A stretch of 64,000 nt of DNA from the NCBI GenBank assembly GCA_963924565.1, contig OZ004614.1, forward strand, positions 7,688,001 to 7,752,000. Reading direction: 5' to 3'. The position numbers and the translations under genes are program-made. The notes beneath the pieces are model-generated. The model was not told the origin of the DNA, made no database searches, and saw only the letters and a list, made by a program, of their open reading frames with translations. Source of the stretch: Ascidiella aspersa (taxonomy: Eukaryota). Below, piece after piece: positions 38,901 through 51,800 of the stretch (within the stretch, counting starts at the first letter, position 1; every line of letters begins with the position of its first letter).

Positions 38901-40620
38901 TTGAGATAGGTAATGCGGGCACACATTGGTGCATCTTCTTCCAACTGTTTTCCCCTTACTCTTTATCCTTTACCGCTGACTCTTCTCCACTAACTCTATC
39001 TCTTTAGCCTCTTGTTCCCATCAGGAAGGGTTTCCCAATCAAGGGGTGCGGGAACTGGTACAATGGGGTGTGGGAATGCTGAATTATACACAGCAAATGT
39101 ATTGCTGTATTTTTTTTATTTGCTCAGTTAAATGTAGATCTAACTCACATTTTGGTATTTTGCTATAGTGGTATCAGTTACTTGTATACTAATAAAATTA
39201 CAATGGTTTTGTTATTGAAGTAATTCTAGAATGGGTGAGACAATTGTTTGGCGAAAGGGGTTCAGCAAGAAAAACGTTAAGAACGGCTTTCCTAAGGGAC
39301 CTTAAATTAGGGAACCAAAACTTAACCGTGACAAAGAGTAACCCGAAATTTCGGTGGACGAATATATTTGCCCCCCCCCCGTCGTTTTGTTCGCTTCTGC
39401 AAAGAATGCAAAGATGAACTATTCTGTGAATAACTAGCTTTATATTTGTCAGTCCTTACTCGCCTGTATGTTGATTCAATTTACGTCAATTGAGTTTCGT
39501 AAGTTCAGCTATGGCAGGATAAATATTTACGATTTTGTAAAAACTCATATATACCGAATGTTTTCTCCTCATTATTTATATTCGAAGTTTGTCTAAACAG
39601 AAGCAATTTCTGTTCTTAAGTTCATTTTCTAGTTATCTTTAAACAGAAAGAACGTTGTAAGTTTTATAAAATAGATATGTAAACGCAAGGAAATAAAAGG
39701 CAGGTTTAATTGTTGGCCAAAAACAATTGGTAGGACGAAAATTCGCAAACTGTGTGCAGATGTTTTTGGCGAATTGGATTTGTCTAGTTCAGTAATATGC
39801 TAGTATAGGATATACTGCCGTAACTTTTAAGAAAATAAAGTCGAGTAAAGACTTTTTGAAGAAAGTAGCCTATATCCACTAAAAGGTTTAATAGGATGAT
39901 TATTATTAAAATCGCCAATACCTAAATAATGTTGTGATTGGTCTTCTTCTATGTTTGGAGTACGCATTGCGAGCAGGCTGAATATCAAGGTCAGTTTGCG
40001 ACTTTAGTGCCAATACAAATGGTTGCTTAATACTCCCAGAGGCTGCAATTGCAAGGGTTGGATCAACGCATCAAAATGTATTTTGCAAGTAACTAAATAG
40101 ACCGATGTATAGTTAACGAAAATCTATGCAATCTATACCGGAAGCTGTGGGTTTTCTCACCTACACAAAAGCTTGCGGGGAATTGCCAAAAGAGAAATGA
40201 GCTTAATGTGGGCAGAACAAACTTAACGGATGGAAGCTTAACGTCGCTCATACGTTAATCCAGTAGTTACTAAACCAAATGAGCTTTCTATATGTATTGG
40301 ATATGACTCAACAACGGTACACATTGTTTTACAAGCAAGAAAAAAAACAATCATGTTTCATCTGTTTCATCATCAAATCTATTTGGTAAGCTTAAGGTTA
40401 AGTTACTGTATTGTATATAACTTTAACAATGTCCGCATTATTACAAAGATGACACAAACATATAGGACAACGCCAATGACAATTACAAAGGTAGTGCTGG
40501 CAGAAAGACTGGAGAAACAAAAAAAACATTTAGTGGCTTCTCTAACACCGCTTAGGCTTTACCTGTAATATTTGAGATTTCAAACGACATTTTAAAACAA
40601 TTGAATAAATCGTTAATTTC

Positions 40621-40808
40621 ATTTGGGTACACTATGCACGGATCTGTAAATGTAGCTTGATAATAAATTGCGAAGCCAAAAAGGTTGCTTCTCAGTTGCT
40701 TCTCAGTCACAATAACTGAAGACGATACAAGCTCGTATCGAAACGTCTTAGCAAGATGATGTCATTCTACTCGACATTTTTGGCTTTGTAATTTATTATC
40801 AAGCTACG
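40621..40808. mobile_element. Fold-back remnant of a Penelope-like retroelement terminal repeat, copy 1
   Basis: Inverted arms GTAGCTTGATAATAAATT..GCCAAAAA / TTTTTGGC..AATTTATTATCAAGCTAC enclose a hammerhead motif. Homologous to 52121-52274. Confidence 0.7.
40713..40750 (+). ncRNA. Minimal type I hammerhead ribozyme motif (Penelope-like element type)
   Basis: taa CTGAAGA C GATAC aagctc GTATC GAAA C GTC tta: CUGANGA box, one extra nt, 5-bp stem II, GAAA, palindromic ACGT stem III, GUC triplet and a short stem I. Confidence 0.7.
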
Positions 40809-42845
40809 TAAATTTTAAATTTTAATAAAATTCGTGCTGAAATACACAAATTTTTTTACTACACCTAACTTGGTGTAGATACTAGATATTGATCACTGAT
40901 ACCTTCAAAAATTAGATTCATAACTGGAACAATGGTTCTTAAACTGGGGAAGATTTAAAAGGGTCCGCTAAACATTCTTTAAATCGGTGGTTCATAACCA
41001 GGAGTCCACGGACCACCCAAGGGGTCCCTGAGAAGCTGCCAGGGTACGTGAGTGTACTGAAAACTGACAGAAATTTTTAAAAGTGTGAAAATAGCTTGTT
41101 AGGCACTAAAATAAAATAGAGCCGCCAAATCTATAAACGATTTGGTATATATTGTGAAGCTGTTGACGTTATAAACTCATGATTGAGATTGCTTATTGAA
41201 CCGTAGTCTTTATTATGATGGAAAAAAAAGGGGTGGGGGGGGGGGGGCCTGAACGTACATAAGGGGTGATACGTAAAAGTACTTTTCGTAAAATTTTATA
41301 AACAGTTAAAATAAAATTAGTAACAAGCAGCACTTAAATGGCAACTTTCGTTCTGCGAACTTGTGGAAGTTTCACATTGTTGACTTCTGACGTAATAATT
41401 AGCTTTCTTTGGTAAGGTTGTTGCGGTTGTTATTACGCTTCACCATTTTATATGCGGCAAAATGTTTCTTTAATAAAATTTTAAAGTCTTGGTGCAGAAA
41501 GTTGAATTTTTCCTGGTAATAACATAACCTTGAGAAATAATGTATGTATATTAATAGGAAGTAATCTGGCCCTGATCTAGAATCCTAGAACAACAAACAT
41601 TATTTGGGTTAGGGTGCGGGTTAGCGGCTTGGGTATAGGTTAACAATAATATTACTAATAATACTTGATCCACCCTCACCCAAACACTAACCTACACCCT
41701 AACCCAAAAATTGTGCGCTGCTCTAATAATTGTTTCAACGCTGTAGTAGGATTCTAGACCAGTGCTTCACAACCGGTGTGCCGTAACTATGCCAGGTGTG
41801 CCGCGACGTTCACGGAGGTGTGTTCCTTGCATTTTCAAGGGTGCTGTTTAATAATCAGTTGATTTAACGTATATCACATCAAGGCAGGTATTTTAATCAT
41901 ATGCGATAATCCCCAGGTGTAATTTTATGAACTTTCCATATAATATTTAAAACTAAGACCAAGCGGTTTAGTCTAGCTTGGCGCTACAACTTGTACTTTG
42001 ATAAGTCAAGTTACAACACGTTCGACTTTGCCTAAAATGGATACTGCTGTATAAAGGAATAAACCATATATCTGCGGTAACCGACAAAAGGCAATATACG
42101 CAACAACAGCGCAAAACATGATGGAAAAGCAATGTGTGCTGCCAGGAGTTTAAAATAATTACCTGCGCCGGTTTTCCTTTTATAATATTGTGCGGAACTC
42201 AGATTTAATATGAGTTGCAATAACCCAAATTCATTTTGTTAAACCCCAAATGGAGAATTATCACCCGATTTCAAAACAACTTTGATCGAACAGCAGCAGG
42301 ACCGGAACTAAACCGCATTGTGAAAGAAAAACAGAACCTTGACCGAAAAATTCGAATTTCCCGCTAATACATAGTATTTAAGCTATAGTTAGGTGGGTCA
42401 CATTTCTTCATCATTTTGTATGTTTAAAAAAAGTGGCAAAGATTACTGTTGATCCGTGTTTTCAAACTGACAATACCTAAATTTTTCTTCGGCCGTATTG
42501 AAGCTCGGTTGAATATCTTTAAACCCACGACACCAAATATCACGATTTTAGTCTGCACCGTTTTGTGTCGCAAAATGCGAGTTGAAAAGCGAAATACGAG
42601 CTTACAGTCAATTGGTGCGATAAACTATAGGCAGTAGAGACGTGTATTTTACCCTGTAACATTGCAGATTGGTTTCCCTGAAGTGTTGTTTGATTGAAAA
42701 TAAGCAGAGGTGGTGGATTAACGCTGACTCATACGGAAACAGAACTTGTTGTGCAGGTGGGAGTTGCGGTTATAAATTTGCGAGGTTAATTATTATCATA
42801 GAACAATTGCCTTGCAATCAACAACTGGAAATCTGTTAGTTCAAG

Positions 42846-45800
42846 ATGGTTGGCGTTCATGCAATTTTGGCGACCATCCTGATTATGAACGTGCGACAAT
42901 CCCAAGAAGTGACGTCGTGCACAATGACGTCACCATGCTTGCTAAAAGGTTTGAATTTTTATTATTTTTATACGGTGCGTTGCTCGCGTTTTGAAGAAGT
43001 ATATCCAGTGTAACTGCATTTTTTCGCAAAATTTATTTTTTATTATCAACAGCGAGTATAACTACTTCATTTAACTAACAATTTTTGGCTAACCTGAATA
43101 AATGATAAACGGGCTTTCCAAAAGTATTTTTGCTGTACACATGCTTCGTGCTAGTGCCTTGTTAACTCAAAAAATAAAAATGAAACTTCTGCCAAGTTAA
43201 TCTATTTAATGCAATTTTATCGCCAATGTATCCATTGTGTTAACTTGAACCCTAGTTCAACATAAACAGTATAAACGCATATTTGCTGCGGTATTTCTGT
43301 TAATGCAAATACTATTTCTGTTAATGCAACTTGTTTTGCACGAACCTATACCCAGCAGAGGTATAGCAGGGGGCATAAGGCTATGACCCTTACAACTTAT
43401 TGCCATAAGTTACCTAAATAGAGCCATGATATTGACTAATGTGCGATTAATGATCGTATGCTTAAGGTGTCACGTCTCCTTTAAGTAAGACATTTTGTCA
43501 ATTATATCCATTTGAACGCAAAGTTAATCGCGCTTACGCTAACCGATTGACGATAGCCATTAGAATTATGGTTACGAGTTTGATAGGTAATACGACGTAG
43601 AGGTCACTTACTTCACGACGCCACGCTATGACTTATCTTTAAGACATCATCGCCAAAAAAATTTATCATCCCGTCAAACAAAAAATCAAGATGCTCGCCT
43701 GAGAAAAAGCGGCTCAATCTCGAGATGATTTTATAATTTTTGTGCTTGTTTTAGTATTGTGGTATTATTATTTGTTTAATTCCCATATATTTGTTTATTT
43801 TGCCTTTATTTATTTTGTGTTGACTTTGTGTGCTGTCTAGCTCCAGGTGAGCGCTGCGGATAAAAACACAGCCCAGAAGAAAGCAATATATACTATCCCC
43901 CTGTTTTATTTACTTCTTTTTATATATAGGCCTATATTTTAACTTGTGTAGGGGGATTTCCCTTCAAGCAGCCTCGTCAGTTGATCGCACCAGAAAGCTT
44001 ATTCCGGGTCAACATGACCGTAGAGGTCACGCAATTCAAGGTCGAATGGTTCACCGTGCCGAGAAGGTGTTACAATGGGGAAATCCCCGGGCCCACTTGG
44101 CGCATTCGGCCCGGAGTCACAATTGAGATGAAACTGGTTGGTGTAACCTTAACTGACATTGTCGCTATTTGTTGGTGGAGAAGAACCAGGATCGATTTTT
44201 TTGTCCTAATTTAACTGCAAAACTAATCGCTATATCGTAGATCAGCGTTTTTAACCGCACGCCAATCGCCCTCCCTGGGGTCCACGGAGCAGTTTTTTAA
44301 GGTCCACAAGCAAACATTATTTTAATTATTAGCCAACTTGAAACTGTAATTTTCGGTATGACTTCAGATTCCTGACTTGTGACAATTTATGACGCATTTT
44401 TTTCAAACTTGAGCAAAGCGGGCATAAAGTGTTCCCTTTTGAGTGGGTCACGCCTTATGAACGATTAAGAACAACTGTTTTAGACTAATTGCCAATTTAT
44501 TTAGCTCATGACCGAGCTAGGACAAAAAAAGTGAATTAATTTTACTTAATTGCACCTGTTTACCGCATAAGATCTTGTTCGGTTTTGAGTTAAAACCTTT
44601 GCTAGCACTGATTGAGTAGTTACAATAAACTTTCTCTCGTATATGACTGTGTTTTTATACGCTAACTTAACCTTATATAAAACATCTTTTAACTCGCTAA
44701 AAATATACTTGTATGTATAGAACGATAAAACTATTTTAATTGTTGTTCTTTGCTCTAAGACCAACACCCTCAAGGGAGTTCCCCCCGGGATCGACAATGG
44801 CCACAACACCTTCCGGTTCCCGAACATCACAAACTTCCACACGCACGGTTTGCATGTTAGCGGAGAGGTAAGTATATTACAACAATGAAAGATACACACA
44901 AACATATGTGTTTAATAACATCTGTGATCTAGCCCCTCGGAAGTTGCTTTATGACCAACGATTACGGCTTCCGTATCAATAGTACACCGAAAAGCCATCA
45001 CAGACTCGCCGAATCTGCAGAACAAGCCAGAAAAACAACTGGCCTGCAGTGAGGTTCGAACTCACGACCTCCGGTCAAGCAGGGACCGTCGCTCTACCAA
45101 CTGAGCTATGCAGGCTCAGAGAGGAGCGAGTCGAGAAACAACCATGCGCCAATACTTGCACATTTTGTTAGTACAAGCAACTTCACACTGTGGGATCATC
45201 AGTCCGTATCAATCAATGAAAGACACACACAAACATATGTGTTTAATAACATCTGTGATCTAGCCCCTCGGAAGTTGCTTTATGACCAACGATTACGGCT
45301 TCCGTATTGTTTTTCTGGCTTGCTCTGCTTGCATCATAGATCGACAGATTCGGCGAGTCTGCGATGGCTTTTCGGTGTACTATATTACAACACTTACACA
45401 TTACTCATAGCAACTCTGGTAAAATTGTTAAAAAATAATTAATAATTGCTATAGCTATAGCTTCTTCGTTACCAAATTGTTTTTAGATTGGAAAGGCACT
45501 TTTACCAAATAGTTCAAGTTGATATAACTGTAGGCCTACACAGCTCCTAGTTTAGACTCAAACTTTTAAAATTAAATTCATTTTATTTTATAGTATCCCG
45601 AATGAGATTTTAAGGGCATTTGTAGCTATAGTTCGTACATTTAAACACCTAAAAATGCGCTACTCACGCATTTACCAAATTTACGAACTCCTTTACGCAA
45701 CCTTATACTCTTATACACCACAGTTGGGCAACCTTTAGCAACAAAGGAGCCATTTCCTCTCGTTTTTTCGAGCCTATTTTGTGCATTATAATGGATGAAG

Positions 45801-48800
45801 TTTAAACTAATGCTATGCAGTTACTTCAAGTATCTCAGGTGTTAGGACGACCCTTAGATTTTCCTTAATATCCTGTTGCTGGGCCACGGAGGCATCTAAT
45901 ATTTATTGTTGAGATAATAATAGTTCTAGAATTTTCAGTCACTAAAATACGTTAAATCATATTTATGAATGCTACTATTTTTTCAAGCTTACTGACTTAC
46001 TCCGTTAAGTGGACGTCTACAAAGATGAACTGACTTCCAGTTAACCCCCTTAAATATGAGCTCTTCGATCTTTCAGATACCACACGACAACGTTTTTGTG
46101 GAGGTTGCTCCAGACCATAGCAGTAAGAACTACAACTACCCGATTCTTGCTGACCATCCTCCAGGAACCTACTGGTATCACCCGCACCTTCACGGATCCG
46201 TCAAGCTGCAGGTAGTTAATCGCTGAAATAAAGCCAAATGTATCTACAATATATATAGAATGGTGTCATAAAACCTATGTTCCAATAACAAGGTAATTTG
46301 CTAAACTTTTAACCAAGTTTTAAAATTTATACATTAGGGTGTATCTTTATAGAATCCAAAACCATCGGCGGCAGGTTTTAGCCAGTCGATCACTGCTCCG
46401 CTGATGCGTATATTAACAAGTAAAACTCATAGTTAAAAACATGAGTGACGCAAATAAGGGAAGGAAGGGAAATAATGCTCAGTGCGAGATAGACGGTAAA
46501 ATGCGGCTCGAATGGGTAAACCGCTATTTTATCGGTACCCATTCGTTCACTTATTTGCGTCGCCAACTCGTTTTTCCCGGTCGTGTTGACTGCGAGGCTA
46601 TAGTGCTTTTCATTACGTTTTTGTTTTTATACCTTTTTTAGTCTTTGACGTGTTTCCATATTTTATTGTCATGTTTCCATATTTTATTGTTTCCTTTAAT
46701 TGGTTTGTTCATGGCTGCGCTCTGATTTTATTTATTTGTACTCTTAGAGGAACTGACGATGCCACTTGGCGAAATATACTTTCCTTATAAACAAAACGTC
46801 TGATCCTGTTTTTTTAACTTTTTTTAATTAAAAACAACCTCAGGAAGGTTAAATCACAGTAGATGTACGCATACGGGTCGTGTATGTTTCTTTCGTACAC
46901 CAATTTTCTTTATCCTTGATACCCATACTGAACCAAGTTACATTACTAGGCACAACTGATGTGTATAACTGCTTTGTTCGTATAGACTGAGAGTGGTATG
47001 GCCGGGATGATAATAGTGGAGGACCCTACCAACTCAGACACTCCGCAACATATCCGTGACGTTTCATGTCCTGAAAATTGCGAGCACGACATACAGCTCG
47101 TCTTCCAACCTAGCCTTACATATTCCCCTAACAGAAAAAACGACAGCCTTTTCAAGTAGGTTGAATTTTCGAGTATCAAGTTTAAATAACGAAATGTAGC
47201 AAGATTTTTAGAAACGATCAAATATGTTTTAACAATGCACTAACGCTAAAACCATGTTAAAATACAATCCCCCCAGCATGCGGCTTTTGTCCGCTGAACG
47301 CCATAAAAATGTATATCTGTATAGCTTTGTTAAATTTATTTTTCCTAATATTCGTGCGAATATAGTCTTAATAAATATTGAATGCTTTAGCTGTTAACTC
47401 GTTTTTATGCAGCTATAAGAATGAAATTAGAACCACATCGACGACAGAATAAAACACAATTTGCAATAAGACCAAAATAGAACTGATACCTAATATGCAT
47501 AGTACCGTCTAAATCGGAATAAGTCCTAAAACCGTCGGAATAAGACCCAAATTGTCAAAGTCAGGCCTAAACAACACTTTACCTAACTCCAAACACCCCT
47601 CAGTACATCACCAGCTCCCCAAATAATTTCAACCCTATCCTAACTCTAACACCACCCATAACCCATCAATAAACCCAAACAGGGCCGGATATCCGGTGCC
47701 AAAACAGCATCGAACTAGGGCGTCCCAATGTCGGCACCAAAACGTCCGATGCCGGACCAACGGCTCCCGTTTGTCCCATACTCTCTACCTCCAGTTTCAG
47801 ACGTTATTTTGGCCATTTAGGCCTTATTCTGATGAATTTAAGACCTATCTCGATCGGGGCAGGTCTTATTCAGACAATCACGATGTTATTCTGTACTGGA
47901 TATTACTGTTTATTTGGCTTTATTATGCCGTTGGTCTTTATACTATAGTTTTATATATTTTTTTCTTTAGGTATTATTGCTTTGCAGGTCATGTTTTGTG
48001 TTCCCCCTTATAGGTATACTCAAGACATCACGTCTACCCTCAAATTAAATGTTTTGTCAATTTTAACACAACAAATTCAATTTGTCTTGCACTACGCGCA
48101 AATGCTTTACCGCAATCTGCTTGAACGTATCTATAGACTCGATTCACATATGCGGACGAGTTTGACCCAACCACAGTCAGTTTTTAGGGCTAGCCTACTT
48201 AACTCAGGACGTCACATTATAACGTAACTTTAAATGTTATTTCCGTAAGAATAATCCGTTTCACTATTCGTATTCGGTCACCGCGCCTTGGGTCGCCACC
48301 GCAGCAGAGAAAATTTTCAGACTCCGAAAATAAAAGTGTCAGGAATCATAAATCCAAGGGTAATTTACAGTGTTGGAATGACTTAAGTCAATGACTTAAT
48401 GACTTGACTTAAGTGCACTTAAGTCACTGTTTTTAAATGACTTGACTTGACTTAAGTCATATGGGCAAAATGACTTGACTTGACTTAAGTCTTTCGGACA
48501 AATGACTTGACTTGACTTAAGTCTTTTGAACAAATGACATGGGTTGAAATAAAGCATTTCTTCAAGTATTTAAAAAAAAATTGAGCTATTTGTCCAAATT
48601 TTTACACAAAAAACAAATTGCTTGCTATATGTTCCTTTTTCCTTATTTTTTAGTTCAGTTATTGTTCATAATCATGCGAGTGTAAAAATTCTAATAGTTT
48701 AACGTTTTATTTTTATGACAAGGAGATGACTTGAAGTTGACTTGCTCTGATTATGACTTGACTGGGACTTGACTTATTTTATTCGAAAAGTTATTTATTC

Positions 48801-51800
48801 GAAAAGACTTGACTTGGACTTAAGTTATTTTGCAAATAACTTGACTGGGACTTAAGTCATTTTAAAATGACTTGTTTACAACACTGGTAATTTAGCCCCA
48901 GAAATTTAATTAAAGGCAACAATTCTGTATTCCTCAGCCTGGAGCAATACAAACAGGACGGTTCCAATGATACATTGGCTGATTGGATTGAGGACAACAA
49001 CGATACTTTCAACTACTTTACAACCAATGGTTTGTATAACCCAGTCATGGATGTAAAAACTGGACAAACGAAACGGTTCAGGTAACTAACTACTATTAAA
49101 TGTAAGGAACAAAGCAATTACAATCAAATGTCATTTCAATGACTTCCATTCATGTTTTTTTGTAAATGTTGATTTGTTATGTATCCATAGAATGGTTAAA
49201 ACTGGTTCATTGTGTTTCCACAAAACAGGTAATGGTCTTATATTATGTTCTATTATCTTATATTATGTTATATTATGTTCCTGTAGAATGGTTAAGTAGT
49301 TTATTAGGTTGTCATAAAATAATTATTCAATTCTGGTCTAGTGCACTTTAAATCAGTGGTTCTCAACCATTTAGCTTACGGACCGGTAAAATTTTAAAAC
49401 AAAATTCGCGGACCGGTGGACCTTCAAAAAACAAAAACAAAAAAATTAATTACGACAAAAATATGCAACTTAAAAGCAAAGAATGGAAACTTTAATTTAA
49501 TGAGCAATTTGCTGCTATCTTTTTATAACATAGCCTACGTGTTATAGGCCTACGTGTTTATTGAAGTTTTTTTACATACAACTTGTCCTAAAGTTGACTT
49601 AAACCAGCCATTAACTCATGTTACGTCACAATGCTGCAAATTACGCAATTGGCGAAGTTCTAAATTTGATGCAAGCCTTCAACATCTTCTACTTGCAATT
49701 GAGATATAAAATTCTATTATTTTTGGCGGACCGGCAGGAAAGTTGACGCGGCCCCGGCGGTTGAGAACCACTGCTTTAAATGGTTACTGCTGATGTGTTA
49801 TGTTCTTATAGAATAGTTATCGTTAGTTTATGGGGCTGTCACAGAATAATTAATTAATTATTGCTGGTCTAGTGTACATTCAATGGTTACTGCTGATTTA
49901 TTATTTTCTTATATTGCGGTTATCGTTATTTGATTGTGTTGTGATAGAATGGTTAACGCTGGCGGTGGCGATAACCTTATACTTTTGGTCACTGATTCTG
50001 CGGGAAATGCAGCGTGTGATTTCTATGAGATTGCTATTGATGGTGTTTATATCGACCGTTCGACCAAACCAAACCTGGGAAGAAGTTTTCTGGTGCCTGC
50101 ATCCAGGGTAGATTGGTTAATTGTGTGCAACAAGGAAGGCACATTTTACGTGAGTTAACATTCGTTTAAAAATGTTCGAAATTAAGATCAATGAAACTTA
50201 AGAAAAGGCTAAACATTTGCAACAGCAAAAGTATTAGTCAGAGCACCTGGACTTTGCCATATCGAGGCAGTCGTAACTTTAAACCCTAAAATTTAGCAAA
50301 AAAATCTAAAAAAAATCTTTATTTAATAAAACGCATTTTACGAAAGAATGTAGTGTAGCGGCACTGCACCGACCCGGATTTATCAAAACGTCATGTTTAC
50401 CTTTTTTTCTCGTGCCTTTTTATCGCCGTGTCTAGTGTGTCCTTTTTGATTCAACGCACCTGAAATAAAGACTTTCCATCGCCTTAACAGCATAATAAAC
50501 TGCTGTGAAGAAAATATCTGATACAACTGAATCTAAAACTCGAGTTTGTGATCCAGGTTAAGTCACTGAAACTTCCAGAGGACGAATGGTCAACGGGCAC
50601 GGCCGGATCTTACAACGGAACCCTGCTTACTTTGAGGGTAAGCGGCCCCACAATGAGCACAGTAATAAAGGAGGATCTTCCTGAAAGACCCTCCTATATC
50701 GGAAACTTCACTGAGACTCCCCAAAGTGAAGTCCAAGGTCGATTCGTGATAGAGGTCGGCGGGTCGCTCACCCTTAACCGTGACTGGTTCGTAGGAGAGG
50801 AGTTTTGGAGGTTTGTTTTTGTTAATATTCACAGTGAGTTTGCTAAAGTGTACTATGATGTAAGTGCTTTATGGACTATTTAATTTTGTAAGTATTATAT
50901 TACTTGCGGTCAAACGGTCAAAGGTCACTGAGACCATGGTGCCTTGACATTGTAGTTGTCCTTACGGCGTTTGGTGTTACTATCTTGTCGCGGTAGGAGC
51001 TCTCCTTGTTAGTTACTTGTAAGTGTTTGGTCAAGATGTTTAACTTACACTAATGCTGTTTCTGTTTTAATAACAGTTGTTTTGTATTCTTTCTGAATAA
51101 GATATGAATCCACTTGTGTTAGCCTTTGTATTATTGATAAATTCCTGTACACTGATAGAGACTTCAGTATCGGATCGGATCCATTAGTTTTTAGTTTTCC
51201 TTGTCTGATTATTGTTCAAATAATTATTACGTTTGAAATACATTTGGACAAAATCTTCTTCTTTCGACGAATCTGTTTATGGACGATCTGTTTTCCCAGC
51301 CCAGACGTCCGGGCAGCAATTGAGCAGCCAGCGAATAGATCAAACTGGGTCTTCTTGTCGATACATTTCTTTGGCGCTTGTCTACTTTGCGCATTGGCCT
51401 TAACGCCGTAACACGATTTTCATTTGACATTGCTCCAGGTACAACGTTAGAAAAGGAACAGTTCAGGAATGGTATTTCACCAACACAGCCACGCGTGCAA
51501 GTCACCCTATTCACATTCACGTTAACAGCTTTCAGGTGATTACCGGTTGATGAATACTTTCCATAAAATCATATTCATCACAATAATACAATTGAAATAT
51601 GGTGAAGTAAAAACATCAAACCTCCAGAATATTTCCATAACAGAATCACTTGTGAATATAAACAGATTGTGCTGTTGCTACCAGGCATAGAGTATACAAA
51701 AAAGAAACACATCCGACACTATTTTAATTTCTCCAGCGTTTAGAATATCTGTGTGAAATGCCTTCCCTGGTAAAGGGAAAAGGCAGGTATCCCAAAACGT

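Noticed and set aside
41605-41710. Interstitial telomere (GGGTTAGGG / CCCTAACCC)
   Set aside because: Only a few degenerate units, arranged as inverted arms inside a small element bounded by CTAGAATCCTA / TAGGATTCTAG; this is MITE interior.
45041-45115. Functional tRNA-Ala(TGC) gene
   Set aside because: The anticodon loop lacks U33 and purine 37, there is an extra base before the anticodon stem, and the second copy has a different loop and broken stems within shared repeat flanks.
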